Shown here: piece by piece, positions 38,181-52,766 of the stretch
Layout of the letters: every line of letters begins with the position of its first letter
How positions within the stretch are numbered: position 1 is the first letter of the stretch
Assembly (NCBI GenBank): GCA_049724395.1
Contig: JAUGWO010000007.1
Span: 124,001 to 188,000 of the forward strand
Direction of reading: 5' to 3'
DNA: 64,000 nt
Source of the DNA: Spongospora subterranea f. sp. subterranea
Taxonomy: Eukaryota
Position numbers and translations under genes: made by a program
The notes under the pieces: generated by a model
What the model saw: the letters and a program-made list of their open reading frames with translations, nothing else
What the model was told of the DNA's origin: nothing
The model's database searches: none

Positions 38181-39713
38181 TTACCCTCAGGGCGGCGGTT
38201 GTCTGGAAATACACCACTATTGACGGTGTTTAATCGGTAAAACACGGAGTTGAAATGCGACAAGAACTGCCGTGTCGTCAAGTGTGACCTTGACCATATC
38301 GTGCACATGACACACATGTCTGTCTGCCGGATAGCTGGTGGATCCGGCGATCGCGCTCGGACTCTTTATCTTGTTCGACAACAAGCTGTTGATCGTTGAT
38401 GCGATTGCGGCCGCTAATGATTGCGAACAATCGTGGACTCCGAATGTGGAGATCAATCGCCATGGCCAATGTCGATTTTCAATAGGCTACATAGTCTTCG
38501 TCGCATTTCACGGAGACAGAATGAATGGGAATTGCTGAAAAACTTATTTTGGGCAAAATATGGGTGTCATCGCTAATAATAGGCGTAAGTTTTGTAGTTG
38601 GCGCTGCCATGCCACTTGAGGTAAGGGTTTGGCCAACCCCTTCAGCAATGTCGAAGCTACATACGACGCCGGCATCAAGAGAACCCGTGTTCACTGGGCA
38701 TTGTTCTGGCAACTTGATTGCCATCCCAGTTACCGGGTGATAACCGGCAGGCGTTTGGCCCCGTTGGTGCTGACCTTGGTCGACATAATGGTCGAAGGCC
38801 TTCCCTAGAGAGGTGCAATGGGGAGGGCTTCACCGAATCTCCAAGAGGGAAAACATCGCTCGCGCGACGATACCCTCAGCAGTACGCAGCCTTTCCGTAT
38901 CTGCTACATCAAATGGCGTTCTTTGCACAATGGGCGCTCCCGCCATGACTCCTGGCCCGGCCAAAATGAGCTTGGCGGCGCAATCGATCCGCGACCAGCT
39001 GACGAAGTCGCTGGTGAAGCAGGGCGTCGTCTGCAGGGATCAAGTTGCCAGAACAATTGCCAAGTAACCCTGGGTTTCTGTAAATACGGTCCTAAACATG
39101 GCATATCTAAAGGCGACTTGGCACCAGTCATCTTCGATCGGTTCTTTCATGCTTTAATGAAAGACTCTTCAGTCCAACGAGGTGGGTGTCGAGATGTGTC
39201 CAAGCGAATCGTTGAGTCAGGTCGGCATGTTCCACTGCTCTCCAGCACCGTAATATGGTTTACGCTTAAAGGATCTCACGACGTGGCGTACAAGCGAAAC
39301 ATATTCTATATATCTCAAAAAAATCTACCACGACGCTTCACCACTCTTCTCGAGAAATGATTCGCTGTTGCGCCACTTAGAATGAGTCAGCAATCCGTAT
39401 TGCGGAGCGTTCAAGAGCAAGAGAATATGTCGACCTGACTAAACTGTTTGCCGTGATCCCACGCCTGACCGCCCTCACCGATAATTGACGAACAGCAAGA
39501 GACTCGACCAGCTCCGCGTTGGTTCCGGCATCAAGCGCCTCCTGGACAACACGTTGGACGGCATTGTCGAGCGACAAAGTATTTTCCGCGCGGAAAAGTT
39601 TCGCCAAAGGTCCCCATTACAACTCTCGAATTCCAGGAATAATGGAATCAAACAACCGAAAAGCAATAGATGTCTATTTCACTAATTTATCGATAGGTCA
39701 ACAACATTAATGT

Positions 39714-40880
39714 CTATTTTGTAATCGGCGGCAACTCAATATCGATTGCCTTGGCAGGATCGATGCGAGATAGTCTTATGCTCGCTAGCATACGTTCAGG
39801 CATCTCGTCACCTTGGCCCTCGATAAGCAAACCGAAATCGATTAACATTGATGGGACCTCAGGTAATAAGCTATGCCGACAGGAATTATTAGAACCCAGT
39901 ACCGAAGCTAACGAAGAAGTTACCTAAACAACGTCTTTCGTGCAGGATATACATAGTCGTGTATATCAACATCACACTCAAGATATAAATCAGTCTTGAT
40001 AAAAGAATGGTACTTTGGACCAGTTAAAAACGGTTTGGCATCGTACGACCTGACCATGCTTTTCAACGCCATTCCGAGGTTAACACTGTCCGGATTCAAA
40101 AGCACTGGGATTGCCTTCAAACGACCTCGAAGCAAATAATCTTCGTTCGACTTTGTATCCATTTGAAAGAAGTTCTGAAAAGTTCCAACGTCAGTATATT
40201 ATTTGCGATTAGATATAAAACAAAACCTTCAAAAGTGTCGCTGCAGGATACGAATCATTCTTTATAGCTTCAACAGCTTCTGGTAAGATTTTGATGTAAA
40301 TAACGATGCTGTAACTTCGCCCATCGGATACAGATGCACCCCATAGCGGATTGCTTGGATTGTACGAAGGCAGCATAAAATTGACCACAAACAGCTAGAC
40401 CCAGATCAGTCAGTTTCAGATTATATGGATTTGAAAAACCTACCTGAGGGACATAAACAAAATCAGTGGTAGACGTAAGAGGCTTGGTGAGGTCTTCAGG
40501 CGGGATAACATGTTCCATTATATGTGTTAACTTCCTGTTAGATTTGAACACATCAACCCCAACCACTTCACACATGTTCTCTTCAGACTTCGCCTTCTTT
40601 CCGGTCCTGAAAAATATCAAAAGACACTAAGCGTTTTGCGATCACTTTATTTGTGGAGAAATTTCGTTTCTGAAATTACTAAAATGTCGTCGTTCCCATA
40701 AAGACACAGTTTAGAAATATTCACTTCATACTTTTCATAACTGGGTCCTTGACGAACATCAAACGTTGACCCGACAGTGCACGCAAATGCATGCGTAGCA
40801 CCTGCCTCAACTTCGTCAAGCGATACCTTGGCCAGTGATGAGCCCATGGCGTGCTTCGCAACAGGTTGTTGTTGTTGCAT
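39714..40880 (-). CDS. DUF1336 / EDR2 C-terminal domain protein, multi-exon
   Basis: 'FDVRQGPSY', 'VVGVDVF', 'RLKAIP', 'YLECDVDI' and 'IDFGLLIEGQGDEMPERML'. Confidence 0.85.
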
Positions 40881-42340
40881 CGTGATTGGAGTTTGAATTG
40901 CCTGAAAATATCGCAGCAAAGCGCCGCCCAAACCCTACAGGGGCACGCGGACTGACCCTGGCGAGAAACCTCACCGGGATCTGGAGCAAGTTCCTCTGGG
41001 ATTCACCGTATCCCCAAGGCAAACCAGCCTATCTCCCTGTCGATCAACGAACAACCAATCTGTGGTAATACACAACAAACGAGTAAGTTAACTCAATACA
41101 GAGTGGCTATACGCCAATGCAGTGTACAGAAACAGTACAGGTAATAATAGGTATCAGCCCCTATCTCGCCCACCAAAGACAAACGTTTCTGCGCGGAAGT
41201 GGGATTTTCCCCTCTTTTTCGACGCATGGGCAAAGTGAAACGGGGTGCGCTGGCTGGGAGATGCAGCAGTAAACCTGGTAGGGGTGACCATCGACAGACA
41301 CGGGCATGGCTATGAGGATCGATTTACACCTGGGTGTTCACCCAATCTCTCGTTTCGTCCTTAGCCTTAGAGTCAGCCTCAACCTTCCAAAACAGTTGTG
41401 TATCATTCTCGATGTTCACCCCTGAATTGATACTAGATACGTCGTCACGTTGTGAAATATTCGTTATTCCCGTTTGTACCCAATCTGCTGCTGAATTGGC
41501 ACCTCAATAAAACAGAGGTTAGAAATCAGCAAGGAGAAATTAATGTTATTCTACAATGCTCTGTTGGGCATTTGTTAAATTGAGTGAGTTGGTCAGGTGC
41601 TGTGGCTTAAACAACTTCACGTAGCAAACGACATATGGCGATCCCTAGATTAAGCCTTCTCGTCCACAGAAAATGATAATGGGATGGTTTTCGTTGTTTG
41701 ATCCTGATTATGGTTCTATGCCGTATTGGATATTGATTTAGGCGATTCGTGAGGTTGAGGTCTGTTATTGGGGTCGGGTTAAGAAACTGGTATTCCTTGA
41801 ACGGAAGACAACGTGGTATTACAGAGTAGCGATCTGGTTCCGAAGTGGCGTTTATATCGGTTTAACAGGCGCGGTTGCCCCATTCGTTCGTGGCGTCGTT
41901 CTTGCCGAGATAATTCCGGCACAGATGGGCGAACGAAATGCCCATTGGATGTTGACGTCACTCAGGCAGGAACTGAACGAGCGCGGTCAAACTGGCAAAC
42001 AACGACGACTCAGCAGCCCGTCTGTGTCAATCCGCTACAATAATAATGCAGTTGGGGCCACTGGAAATCGTTTTTTGTTAACTTCCCCGCCATGTCGCAT
42101 TACCACGGGAACCAATCACTGTTCGCAAGTCCCTTGTACGTTACAATGAAAGGAGTGACAACAGCATGAAGCGATACGCCCGATGAGTGAGGATACACCG
42201 TTACCCAGTCATCAATAGGTTTCAGTATCGATCTGTATTATCATTATCCAGTTTGCAGATTGATATTGGTCAGACCTTGGTCGTTGCCTTGGCGAACCCA
42301 GCTGGCAACGAGCGTTGGCCCTGCGATCTTGCCGATTGCT

Positions 42341-45068
42341 ATGACCGTCACAGCTCAAGCGACCAGGATGTCAACTACCGATATAGCCGACCTCATTGAA
42401 CGGTATAACATCCAATCGGTTACATTGGAGGACTTCAAACTGCTGGACGAATCGGAATCGTCAGAGTCCTACGATGATGACGATGCGCAGTCCGAAGCGT
42501 CCAGGTCGCGATCTACAACCGTTCAGTCGCTGCAACGACAAATAGACACTGAAAGGCGTCAACATCAACATCATATCCTAAGAATTCAGCGTTAGCAATG
42601 AGAAGATATAAACAATTGGGTATGAACCTAATTTTGAATGAATGGCTCAGATGATGCTAATAAATCTAGAGGGGCGGCGAACAAGCGAATAGAGGAATTA
42701 CAAAAACTCGTCGATGACATGAAAAACGCATTTCCAAAGGATCATTTCAACCTCCACGCTTTGAAACAGTCTTTGCAGGATATTGCGATAACTGAAGAGA
42801 CATACTTAGGTCTACCGTTCCACGTAATTGCGACCTCTGCTCATTATTTATTATGGATTGTTAGAGGCAAAATCGGTCCCCGAGCCTCAACGCTCGTTAC
42901 GGCAAATCGTCATATTACAGGTGTATGGGCGATTTGAGTCCATTCAACTGCGACTTAGGACACTGATCAGCGAACTCGATTCTTCGAATCAAGCGCGCGA
43001 TGACGCCCTGTCTGAGAATAGGAGGGTAAAGGCAACTTGTGGTCATAAAATCCAATGCCAATAATTACCTACAGCTTTCACTGCAATTAAATAATCTTGA
43101 GAAATTTTCAACTGAACGAAACGAGGAAGCCATGACTGAAATCGAATGTCTTCAAAACCGCAATCGAAAGCTCTCCGAGGTAATGTGTCATTTTGTCTAA
43201 GATATTTGCTGAACTGTGTAATTAGGACTATAAGGAATTACATCAATGTCTGGACGCTAACAAGTTGCAGATGTCACACGTTGAAAATATTCAAGGCAAA
43301 TCATACATTTGAACTGGACCTGATGAAAAATCTGATCAAACGAATCATTTAGCATCGAACGAGGCACTGAATAAAGATTGTGCACGACTCAAAAAAGAAC
43401 TAGATGCAATGAATATTCAAATCCCTGTTCTGGTTGATGACCTGGACTCCGCGCACAAAACTCTTTCAGAAAAAGAGCAGGTAGACCCAGCGGCACAATT
43501 CAGCTCTCAGAATATTCATCACATTCTACCAATGTAAAGGCTGTCGAATTACTCAAACTGGATAAATTATATTTGGAGCGTGAGGTCGTTGCATGTAAAG
43601 AAGCAAGCGCTCGCAAGGATGCAATCCATGACACTTCAAAACAAAAAGTGCAACGACTGAAAGAAAAGGCAAAACGATTGGAGGACCAGATTGAAAGTTT
43701 GAAGTGGGTTAAAGTGTGTGCTATACTGTCTCGAAGTCACTCATTGACGTTTAGAAACGGCTGGAAAACACAATATGAGCAACGAATTTCTAGTGAATTG
43801 AGTCGGCTGCAGGCCCAGAGCGACAAAGAACTTGGTGATATTCGTGTACAGCAGAAACAAGCCTATGAACGTGAACTGACCTGCTTACGAGAGCATCGAG
43901 ACACGGCATGCACTGAGAGGGATCGACTTCAAGTGTGGCTTGCACTTTAAATCACTGATCCAAACTTTAACTTACTACCGTAGACTAAATATGATGAATC
44001 GAGGAATGCATATGACAAACTTCGAGGAGAATTTCAAACATGCCAAAATCTGTTAGAAACCCAAATACAGGTATTTTTACTTTGTAAACAAACGTCTTTT
44101 ATATATATATTCACTTGTTACAGGATTTGAGAGCGGAATTGAAAGTTAAGGTGTTCGAATTTGAAAGGTTGTCGATTTCTTCTGAAGAATCACTTGCCAC
44201 GCATCGAAAGATGCGCCAAATGCTAGACAAAACGGCTGAAGAAAACGAAATCTTTAGAAAACAATATTATAATCTGAGGTATTGATACCCGAACCTTTTT
44301 ACCAAAATATATACATTTTGGTTTAGGTTTGAAACAGACCAGTGCCAACGTGATTTACAAATTGTTAACGCCAACCTGAAAGAACGACTCACTGTTTATG
44401 AGCAGCTCGATGACCGGTTAAACCTGGAAGAAGAATGCTCTCTCAACGAAAAGGTACATATGGGTGACAGATCTCAAACCCGCCCAAACGTAAACCTGTT
44501 TTGGTTGAGTATAGGGTCTACTGAGGAATAGATTCGCAGCATCACAACTTACCAAGAAGACACTGGAGATAACCGGTTTGAACCTCAAATTAGAGGAAGC
44601 CTCAAAAAAGTTAGCAACTGCAGAGACGTCGTTAGAAGAATACAGGTCTGAATTTGCGAAGACGGAGATCATGCATTATTTGATGTGAACGCAGAGTGCA
44701 ATTGAAGTATGTTCAACAGCCTTATTCAGTTTTGATGGACGCTATAAAAGATCGAGAAGAGCAACTAAGGCAAGCGAAAAAATTGATCGAGCAGATGAAA
44801 TGGCAGATCCAGGCGTTGCAAATGGTAAGATTTCAAACGAAGGTGCTTGATTTCGTGAAATGATGATATTTAGGAACATGAAACCCTTTCCAAATTGCAT
44901 CAGGAACGCGAAACAAGTCCGAGCATCCTATCAAAGCGAAATGATCGAGAGCACGATGCAGGGAACATCTTCCCGACAAAACACGGAGCAAATAATAACC
45001 AATTGCCCATGTGGTGTCAGAAACTACGGCAGCATAATACCAAATATAAACTTTATGAAGGAGTGTAA
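42341..45068 (+). CDS. PIBF1: PIBF1/CEP90-like centriolar coiled-coil protein, multi-exon
   Basis: 'YEQRISSELSRLQ..ELGDIR..YERELTCLREHRD', 'ELKVKVFEFERL' and 'QQPYSVLMDAIKDRE' fit the PIBF1 pattern. Confidence 0.75.
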
Positions 45069-45088
45069 AACAGGTAATTAACTGAGCG

Positions 45089-48000
45089 TTATATTGATAT
45101 GGATAAAGATAGGTTCTGAAACATGTTGAACACTTCCGCTGTGTCCAACTTGAAGTACGACGACATGTTTAATAGGTTCTGTTCAATGAATAATTTCATG
45201 GCATCCATGTATGATTTTTGAAGCGTAGAAATTTGAAAGTCAATCAAGGGAAGAGATTTCTGGGTCCTAGTAGCGTTTTCTTGCGCGATGCGAACATTAA
45301 TGCGAGCTGCGTCAAACAAAGAGCACAAATACCGCAAAAGCAGGTAAATATCAGACGCCTAAATGAAATTATGAAAACTATCCTTCAGCAAAAATCAAAT
45401 ATCTCAACTTTGATTTCCTCATTTAGTTGAGAATTGCAGATAGGGCATGTACTGTGAAAACGCGTCCTATATCCGCAACTTTTGTCTTCACAAGTTTTCC
45501 AGATCTCGTTGTATGCAGTTACACGTCGCCACACAAACTGCCAAACCTATCACAGTTGCTGAGAACACCTGAAACCTCGTCTTCACGATACTGCCGCTAT
45601 TCAAACCTGCCTCTTGACTGAATTGAGACCAACGGCGCCTGCGAAGATAAAAGGGCACCCCTGAGTTGCGCACTGCAGCCCAGACTGAAGACTGGAAACG
45701 TTTAGGTTACGGTACGAAATATTTGTTCAGGTGCACCTTTGCATATCGAAAATTCCTTTAAATTCAAAGCGGGCAGCGCATTCTGGGCAACAAACAACCA
45801 TCCTTTCCACAGATTTGAATGCCTCGTCATCGTCGAGATGACGTATCGAAAGAGAAGATTGGAACAACTCCTATTAACCCAACGTTGGTGAGACTCTGAA
45901 GTGATGATACCTGATCAATTACACTCTGCCCAGGCTGTCCGGAATCATCGCTGTTGTGGAACTTGCTTCCATCCAGGCCAAGACAATCAGCTAAACGGGA
46001 AGCATCTGTACCTTCAATGTGTGCACAAAGTCTTAGCACTGGGGGAACGATCTGAGAAAGACGATAAACAACCGCACAGCCCACAATCTCCCTAGCAATA
46101 CCTGCTGCGTTAAGTACCATTTGATATCAAGTCGAAGACCACGAGATTGATCCAGAAGTGCCGAAGGGTGAAAAGCTCGACTCGCCAATGTCTACGCTAC
46201 TACCATGACAACGATAACTACGAACAATCGGAACGGTTACCTTTTCGCCAGATTCACATATTACATAAGGAATGTAGTCTCCGACTCTAACCATGGTGCC
46301 TTGTTTCACCATCTGTGTGGCAACGGCAACGTGAGGAAGGGAAGATGCATCTGGATATTCAGAGGGATCTTTGGATAATCCCTAAGTACTGATTAACTTT
46401 GGCACGGCGGTAAATTGAAAAGTGTTTCCCTACTTTTGTGATAATAAATTCACCGATACTGATCTGATTAGCTTGAAGTTGCTGAGCAATCCCGGATAGA
46501 TGTTCGTGAATCGCATCAACAACATCATCCCTGGATAATGATCCATTCAGGATAATATCAATGATGCATTCACCTATACGCTTTGACAGAGGGCACCAAT
46601 CCCGGCGAACCATTTCCAACCCTTTAATCTACAATATATATTAGTAGATATAATCTGCTAATAGCACCAAACATGCCTCGCGTTTTTCGATAAATTTGCC
46701 ATCTTTCTCAGTAACAGTAAGCGCAGCATATTTCTTCTTTTGCAAGAGAAGTAGCGATTTAAAAATGCCATCAACTTCAATTTCTAGTGTCTTGTAAAGT
46801 TTGTTGACCTCACGTTTGATTTGGTGTCCGATTGCATTCACGCTATTAGAGTTACTGAGAAACAAACAGTGTTATACGACATAGTTTACACTGACCGCTG
46901 TATATCAGTGCAGTTCGTAGCAATGCATACAGAATCCGTATCGCCATCTGCAGGGGGCATGAGACTGATGTTTGAAATCAAATATATAATGCCTTACAAA
47001 TGACTTTAAAGTCTAATGATTCTATCAGGTGGACCGTATCGGTAAGGATTGTTCGTCCTTGGGAAGTAATCAACGCCGCAAGAGGCTTGCAGTAAAACCT
47101 AGAACCAACGTATCCTAGGCAACCATACATGGAATTTGCAACAAGCTTTAGTGCCTGATGACTATCAGCATTCGAGCAACTTGAGAAGTGTGATAAAAAA
47201 TTACTTGCTGTCGAATATCCAGCTCTTGGCGAATCACGAGGCTTTTCTCATTTTTCAACAACGACTTCACGGAACGTCGCCTTTCTACAAGAGTTTTGAT
47301 CACTCTGGGCAAAATCCCAGGTGTCGATCCATCTTTAGGCAACTCAGGCAGCCCTGTGTCAGCATCCAAGTTCTACAAAAAAGTAAATCTACGTTGCATA
47401 CGCATTGTGCACGTATCACCTTCCAATGGTCCACGGTTGTAAAGCATAAATTGTACTCCTGAATAATTGACGGATATAAACTATTGAAATCCAAGAGTAA
47501 AACGAATTTGTCGTAAAATCCTTTGATAGGTTCTAAGACAAGGCCGCCTGCGTATGCAGCCTTGCGTTTCTTTTGAGGATGCCCCTAGAAGTTGTTGATA
47601 TTTCAGAATACATCTCAGTGAGATTCCCAACCTGTCCATTCTGATCGCTGATAGAAGTAGCTTGGCGTTCTTTGAGTGTATATTTTTCCGGTTTTATGTA
47701 TCTATACATCGATGAGAGTCGAAATCTCTTAGCTAAATGATACCTACTTAAGATGATGAAGTTCGTGTAGCAACAGATATTCTATTCTTTCAGCTCTAGC
47801 GGACTGTAAAGACCTGGACCATGTGTGCCCGCCGAGAGAGGCTAGTTGCTTGGTCAAAGGAAGTACCTTGAAAAGCTAAGTAAGAAAACACTTGACGGGT
47901 TTACTTATGGACTACCTGAAGATGGAACATGAGGCGTATCGAGAGAAAAGCATCGTTGGTGCAGTGCCGCATCACATCAACTATTCCGCCAAAGTGTGAC

Positions 48001-50850
48001 AGCATTTTCTCAGGAATAATCTCGTCGCGCCTAGAAACGACCTATATTATTTGATGTGACGCCAAAGAAAAGTATGCTTACGTCACGTTCAGAAGAGATT
48101 TCGACAATGAAGACAAATCATATGAAGTCTCACGAATAACTTCTTTGGCAGAAGCAGATGTATCGCAGAAGAGACGCCCTCCCAGGCTACGCAATGCCCA
48201 GCCAGACATCTGTCCAGTTCGAGGAACACGAGGCGGGCGATTATTACGTAGGCGCCCAAGCTGACAAAGACACAATTTAGAAGAAAGTAGGTAAATGTGG
48301 ATCACAGAAACGACTTTAGACCAGTGAGTGATTTTCCAAGCAAGCATCCTTGACATGAGAAGGTCCAAGGTGATCCTAACGTTTTAAAGTGAACAAATGG
48401 AAATGATCCATGCCGGTTATCATACCCAAACAGATCGTGTCCGACAATAAGATCGGGATCAATTTGGTGCACTTGGGCAGCAAGAAAAGAGAGAAGAGCT
48501 CGTTCATTTGAGAAGACGTCGATCCCAAGTTTCTACGACATTCAAACATGATAAACACACGAGTAAATGACGGCTAATAGGCGAAAATCCTCACAGAGCG
48601 TTCCATATTTGAAGCGAAATCGTGAGGCCATGGCGATTTACCCAACGGCCGAATAGCAGAAAAATGAGTCAAGTTAGTTTGATCTGAGGTAGTTCCTTCG
48701 ATGGAGACATTGCTATGAAGCAACCCCGAAACTCCAGCAATTTCGTTCATGTTTGAATCAGAGTTGAAAGAACAAACGATTGATAACGAAAGGACCCGAA
48801 TAGTCGGGGATGCTCCACCTAGAATGTGTATCAGCAAAACAGCAACTTGAACCCATATCAGGGGAACGAGGTGAAAGCAGACCATCGGACTTGGTGATCT
48901 GTTTAGGTGATTCTACAGCAAATTCCGCTTTACACCAAGACCCGGAGTTGCTTGGTTTCGCTCCAGCAATCGAAAGCCATTGCGGACCCATCAAACGCCT
49001 TTTCAAGAGAAAGTTTTCCAGTGCAGACGTTTGCGTTCCAAATATGTGCGAGAAAGTGCGACCATGCGAGTTCCTAAAACGTTTAATAGAGCACCGATGT
49101 ATAGACGAACAATCAACCTTGGCAGGGTTGGAGCTGTTGCCGAATAAACCACCTTCAATACTTCCGCTTCAGCAGGTATATCACATTCTAGCAATAATCA
49201 GATTTCAAGTAACGACAGGGGCAATGTCAAACACACCTGGATTATCAAAAGCGTACTTCCTCATGACAGGTTTGGATAGAAATTCTGTGATGCCATGTTT
49301 ACTGGCGAATTCGGTGAATTCTTCATAAACAGCGTTCATATCAACTTCTGGAAGAAGAGAACCGTCTCGAGAAGGGACGTCTATGGAGATTGAGGATTAA
49401 AATCGGTTCACGAGACTACGACGCTAATACCATGAAGTTTTCGTGGGTACGGGGCATCACGAATAAGTTGCGGTCAACTTTATTGACTACAACGCAGCAA
49501 CTGACGTCTTCATTATGTTCGTGTTTTGCTTTTCCAAAAAGAAATATTTTTCCTAAACAAAAACATCAGCGGATTGAAACAGAAGCTGACAAGGACCAGA
49601 CCCGGTGCATTATACGGGTCTTCATAGGCATCAAGCCAAAACAGGTTCAACATGCCGCCTTCACCAATTAGGTCTGAGGCCTGAAAAATGAGTAAGTACA
49701 ATGCACACACAGCACAGCAGATTGACAACTTGGAAAGGTTTGATTTGTTCTGGCCCCCGACTCGTTTCAGTGAACCAAGATTTCTCATCCAGTATCTCTG
49801 CTAAAAATAAATCACATGGACTATGGCCTTGCTTTCATATTGATGATCACAATACCAGGGTTGGAAGGCAAACCAGGATCATTGGTATCATCAACTGGCT
49901 GTTCCGACTTAATTACGATTAGGCTATCAGAACAGGGTTTTTCATCCACGCAGGGGATAGCGGCAATTTCATCTGGCTGTGCAAAACATTTAGGGGCGAT
50001 GTTTTGGATCATCGGCGCTTGGTCTGATTTAAGTCAGTAAAGGAAGATCGTGAAATGACACCTTACACGTATCGTCGGCAATGGCACCACGCTTTATTTC
50101 CAGCAGGTCTTTGTGCTGACCAAAAAGCGCAATATCACGATGATCCAATTCGTCAATTTCGTCCACGAGTTCTACTGGAATCTCTGAATTACGCAAACCG
50201 TCAATAAGTTCTTGGGCGTACGAATCGCTAAGATTAGTCAGATTCAACCGAAATCAAGGTATGTGCTGGCACGAGCTGTACCGTTGCACCGCGCTCATTT
50301 TTGTCCTTTCAGGTTGGCTTCTTTTGATAAATGCAGCGGGCAAAGGCGCAGACCCAGCAGAAGCCTGATGAAGGAGAGCATTAATATCAGCCATTAACGC
50401 CGATGTGAATAGCGGTACTTTTCGTTTGTTTGATTTCTTCTGTGGGTTTTGGGCATGACCTGAATCTGGTTCATTGAGTTCCTCGTTTTCCCAATCTTCT
50501 TCTCCGTTATCAACGTAACTAGTACATAGATTGAAAAATTATTTGAATAAAATAATGAGCGAATTACCCAAAACCGTCGTCGACAATAAAGGATCCGTTC
50601 TTGTTGCGCCTTCGAGACGAAACTATGCGATCGTATTCATCTTCAGAAACCGACTCATAAACCAGCTCCTCGTCCAACTGACAAATTAACAATATCACAC
50701 CCTATCTAGCGCATCTCCAAGTTTATCGTTTACTTTGATGCCATCTAACCGCCTTTTGCCCGATTTTTTCGCTTCCGACAATGCAGTAAGAGCCGCTGCA
50801 CGTTTCTGGGCGTCGGTCGCTCCTGATGAACTTTTACGCCGGGACGACAT
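45089..50850 (-). CDS. POLA1: DNA polymerase alpha catalytic subunit, multi-exon
   Basis: PolB motifs '[19 protein letters not shown]', 'ANSMYGCLG', 'YGDTDS' and 'KKKYAAL', plus Pol alpha-specific 'FWLDAYE' and '[10 protein letters not shown]' and C-terminal Zn fingers. Confidence 0.96.
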
Positions 50851-51239
50851 GTCAACGCCAGCCCACCAGTACAACCGGGCTGGTATCTAACACGAGGCGC
50901 GCCCTGTTTGATAGTGATCGATATGATGTGTGGACTGCAGATGACCAGTATGGAGAGAGGGCTCCCTCCAGGAAACGGATACCGTAAACCACGCAATGGT
51001 TTAATAAGGATAGCTATATTTATATTAGTGTGTACACACTCATTACACACTCAAAGGCCACGCACAATTACACACTCAAATCTGAAATCGTAGTTTGCGG
51101 TTAAATAGCCCGCAAATGTCAACCAAAAAAGTACGCAGCGACTGGCACGAGGCTATTTAGCTGGCGAATTAAGAAACTGCGCGTTTTACCGCAAATCAGT
51201 CATGATCCAGAGGTCGGTAGCGTGTCAGATGATCTCATT

Positions 51240-51505
51240 GGAAAATGAACGTTTGGGCAGAATGTCCAGCAGACAAAGGAAGCGGGTGTACCAGTACTTG
51301 CACCATTTGAACGCCAACGTTGACACACACCCGTTCGTAGTATCCGGCTCCCACACCAAGACCTTCTATGCCCAGTACACGAGCAACAACATTGCCATGC
51401 ACATGCTACGACAGCAGGAGATGATCCAGCGCTGGAAACTGGTGCAAGTACTGGTACACCCGCTTCCTTTGTCTGCTGGACATTCTGCCCAAACGTTCAT
51501 TTTCC
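51240..51505. repeat. Perfect 66-bp inverted repeat with 134-nt spacer (foldback/MITE-like)
   Basis: 51240-51305 is the exact reverse complement of 51440-51505. Confidence 0.92.
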
Positions 51506-51544
51506 TTGTCAAATCCTTTCCAGCGGTACCCTGATTGTCGATGT

Positions 51545-52755
51545 GGGACGAAAACAGTCCATCTACACTCTCAAAGAAAAGCAAGCTATTGCTGAAGAGG
51601 CATATAGCGTCGAGAAAAACGTCAGACCCACAGCTGACAAAGTATGGAATAGATGCTTCAAACATCCGATGCTGGAAAAGGTTGGCGCTATCCTCGGTCA
51701 ATTCTAATGCGAAAATGCATCGAACTAACTCCAAACCTCGCGATCAAATCATGTTTTCACATTTACAATCATTTTTTGAAAGCCGTCGTGACAGGGAGCA
51801 GTGTGTCACGGTCAACATGCTTGTTCGGGAAGCGCGAAGAAAGTTTCCGGACCTGGTTCCAACAACCGTTAAAGCAGTGTATCATCGAATATATCGGTGG
51901 CTTCGTTGTGAAAGAATCTCGACAAGACGTGTAACGCATGTCGCAAAACACTCGATGGTTAGAGAGTGTTATCATCGAGTGGGTGAGCGCGACGAATCAA
52001 ATGATTGTTTCTGGCCAGTATTTTAGCGATACTGTCAGTAATATGGACGAGACAAAATTTTATTTTGATGATTCAAAAAGCACGACGTTGGAGCACGTTG
52101 GAGCTCGAACCGTTAGCGTTCGCGGAATCAAACCCTGCAAGCGAGCATCTGTGTTGCTAGCGGTGACATTGTCTGGGGAAAAACTTCCCCCTTTCACTAT
52201 TTGAAGGCAAGCGGGGTTCAAGAGTCTTCCCAGGCAAACGGGTGTCCCGAGTCTGTGATGATGTCGGTACAAGAGAACGCTTGGAATAACGGTGAGCTTA
52301 TGCTAGAATGGGTGGAACGCGTGTTAAATCCCTGGATAAAACATTGCGGTCGTCGACGTTCCCTACTAATTATGGATGATTTCAAAGGGCATTGGGTTGA
52401 CCCTGTTTCTACACGACTCCAGGGGTGCAACGTTGACGTAACCTGTATTCCACCAGGGTACACAGCAAAGCTTCAACTGCTGGACGTCGGTATTAACAAG
52501 CCATTCCACGACTACACCTTGAACGAGTTAGACGACTGGATGATGGAGATGTTTGACGAGACAACTGGCCGTCTTCCAAGTCCAAAGAGGATAGATATCG
52601 CCTGGCGTATCGACCAGGCCTGGGCTTCAGTTACGCAAACCACGATAACAAACACGTGGAGACATGTTGGAATTGTATCTGTCAACGACCCAATTGTCGC
52701 TACGCTGGCAAACCTGCCTGGAGAAGCAATTGCGATAATGGCTACTGTTATATAA
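51545..52755 (+). pseudogene. Frameshifted pogo transposase (HTH + DDE_1)
   Basis: 'YTLKEK..KYGIDASNIRCWK', 'ISTRRVTHVA', 'NMDET', 'GEKLPPFTI', 'LLIMDDFKGH' and 'IPPGYTAKLQLLDVGINKPF' are spread over several frames (shifts near 51635, 51950 and 52200). Confidence 0.88.
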
Positions 52756-52766
52756 ACACACGCTAC

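Noticed and set aside
41140..42200. Short ORFs or an ncRNA between the DUF1336 gene and PIBF1
   Set aside because: No recognisable motif or structure; probably intergenic or decayed repeat sequence.
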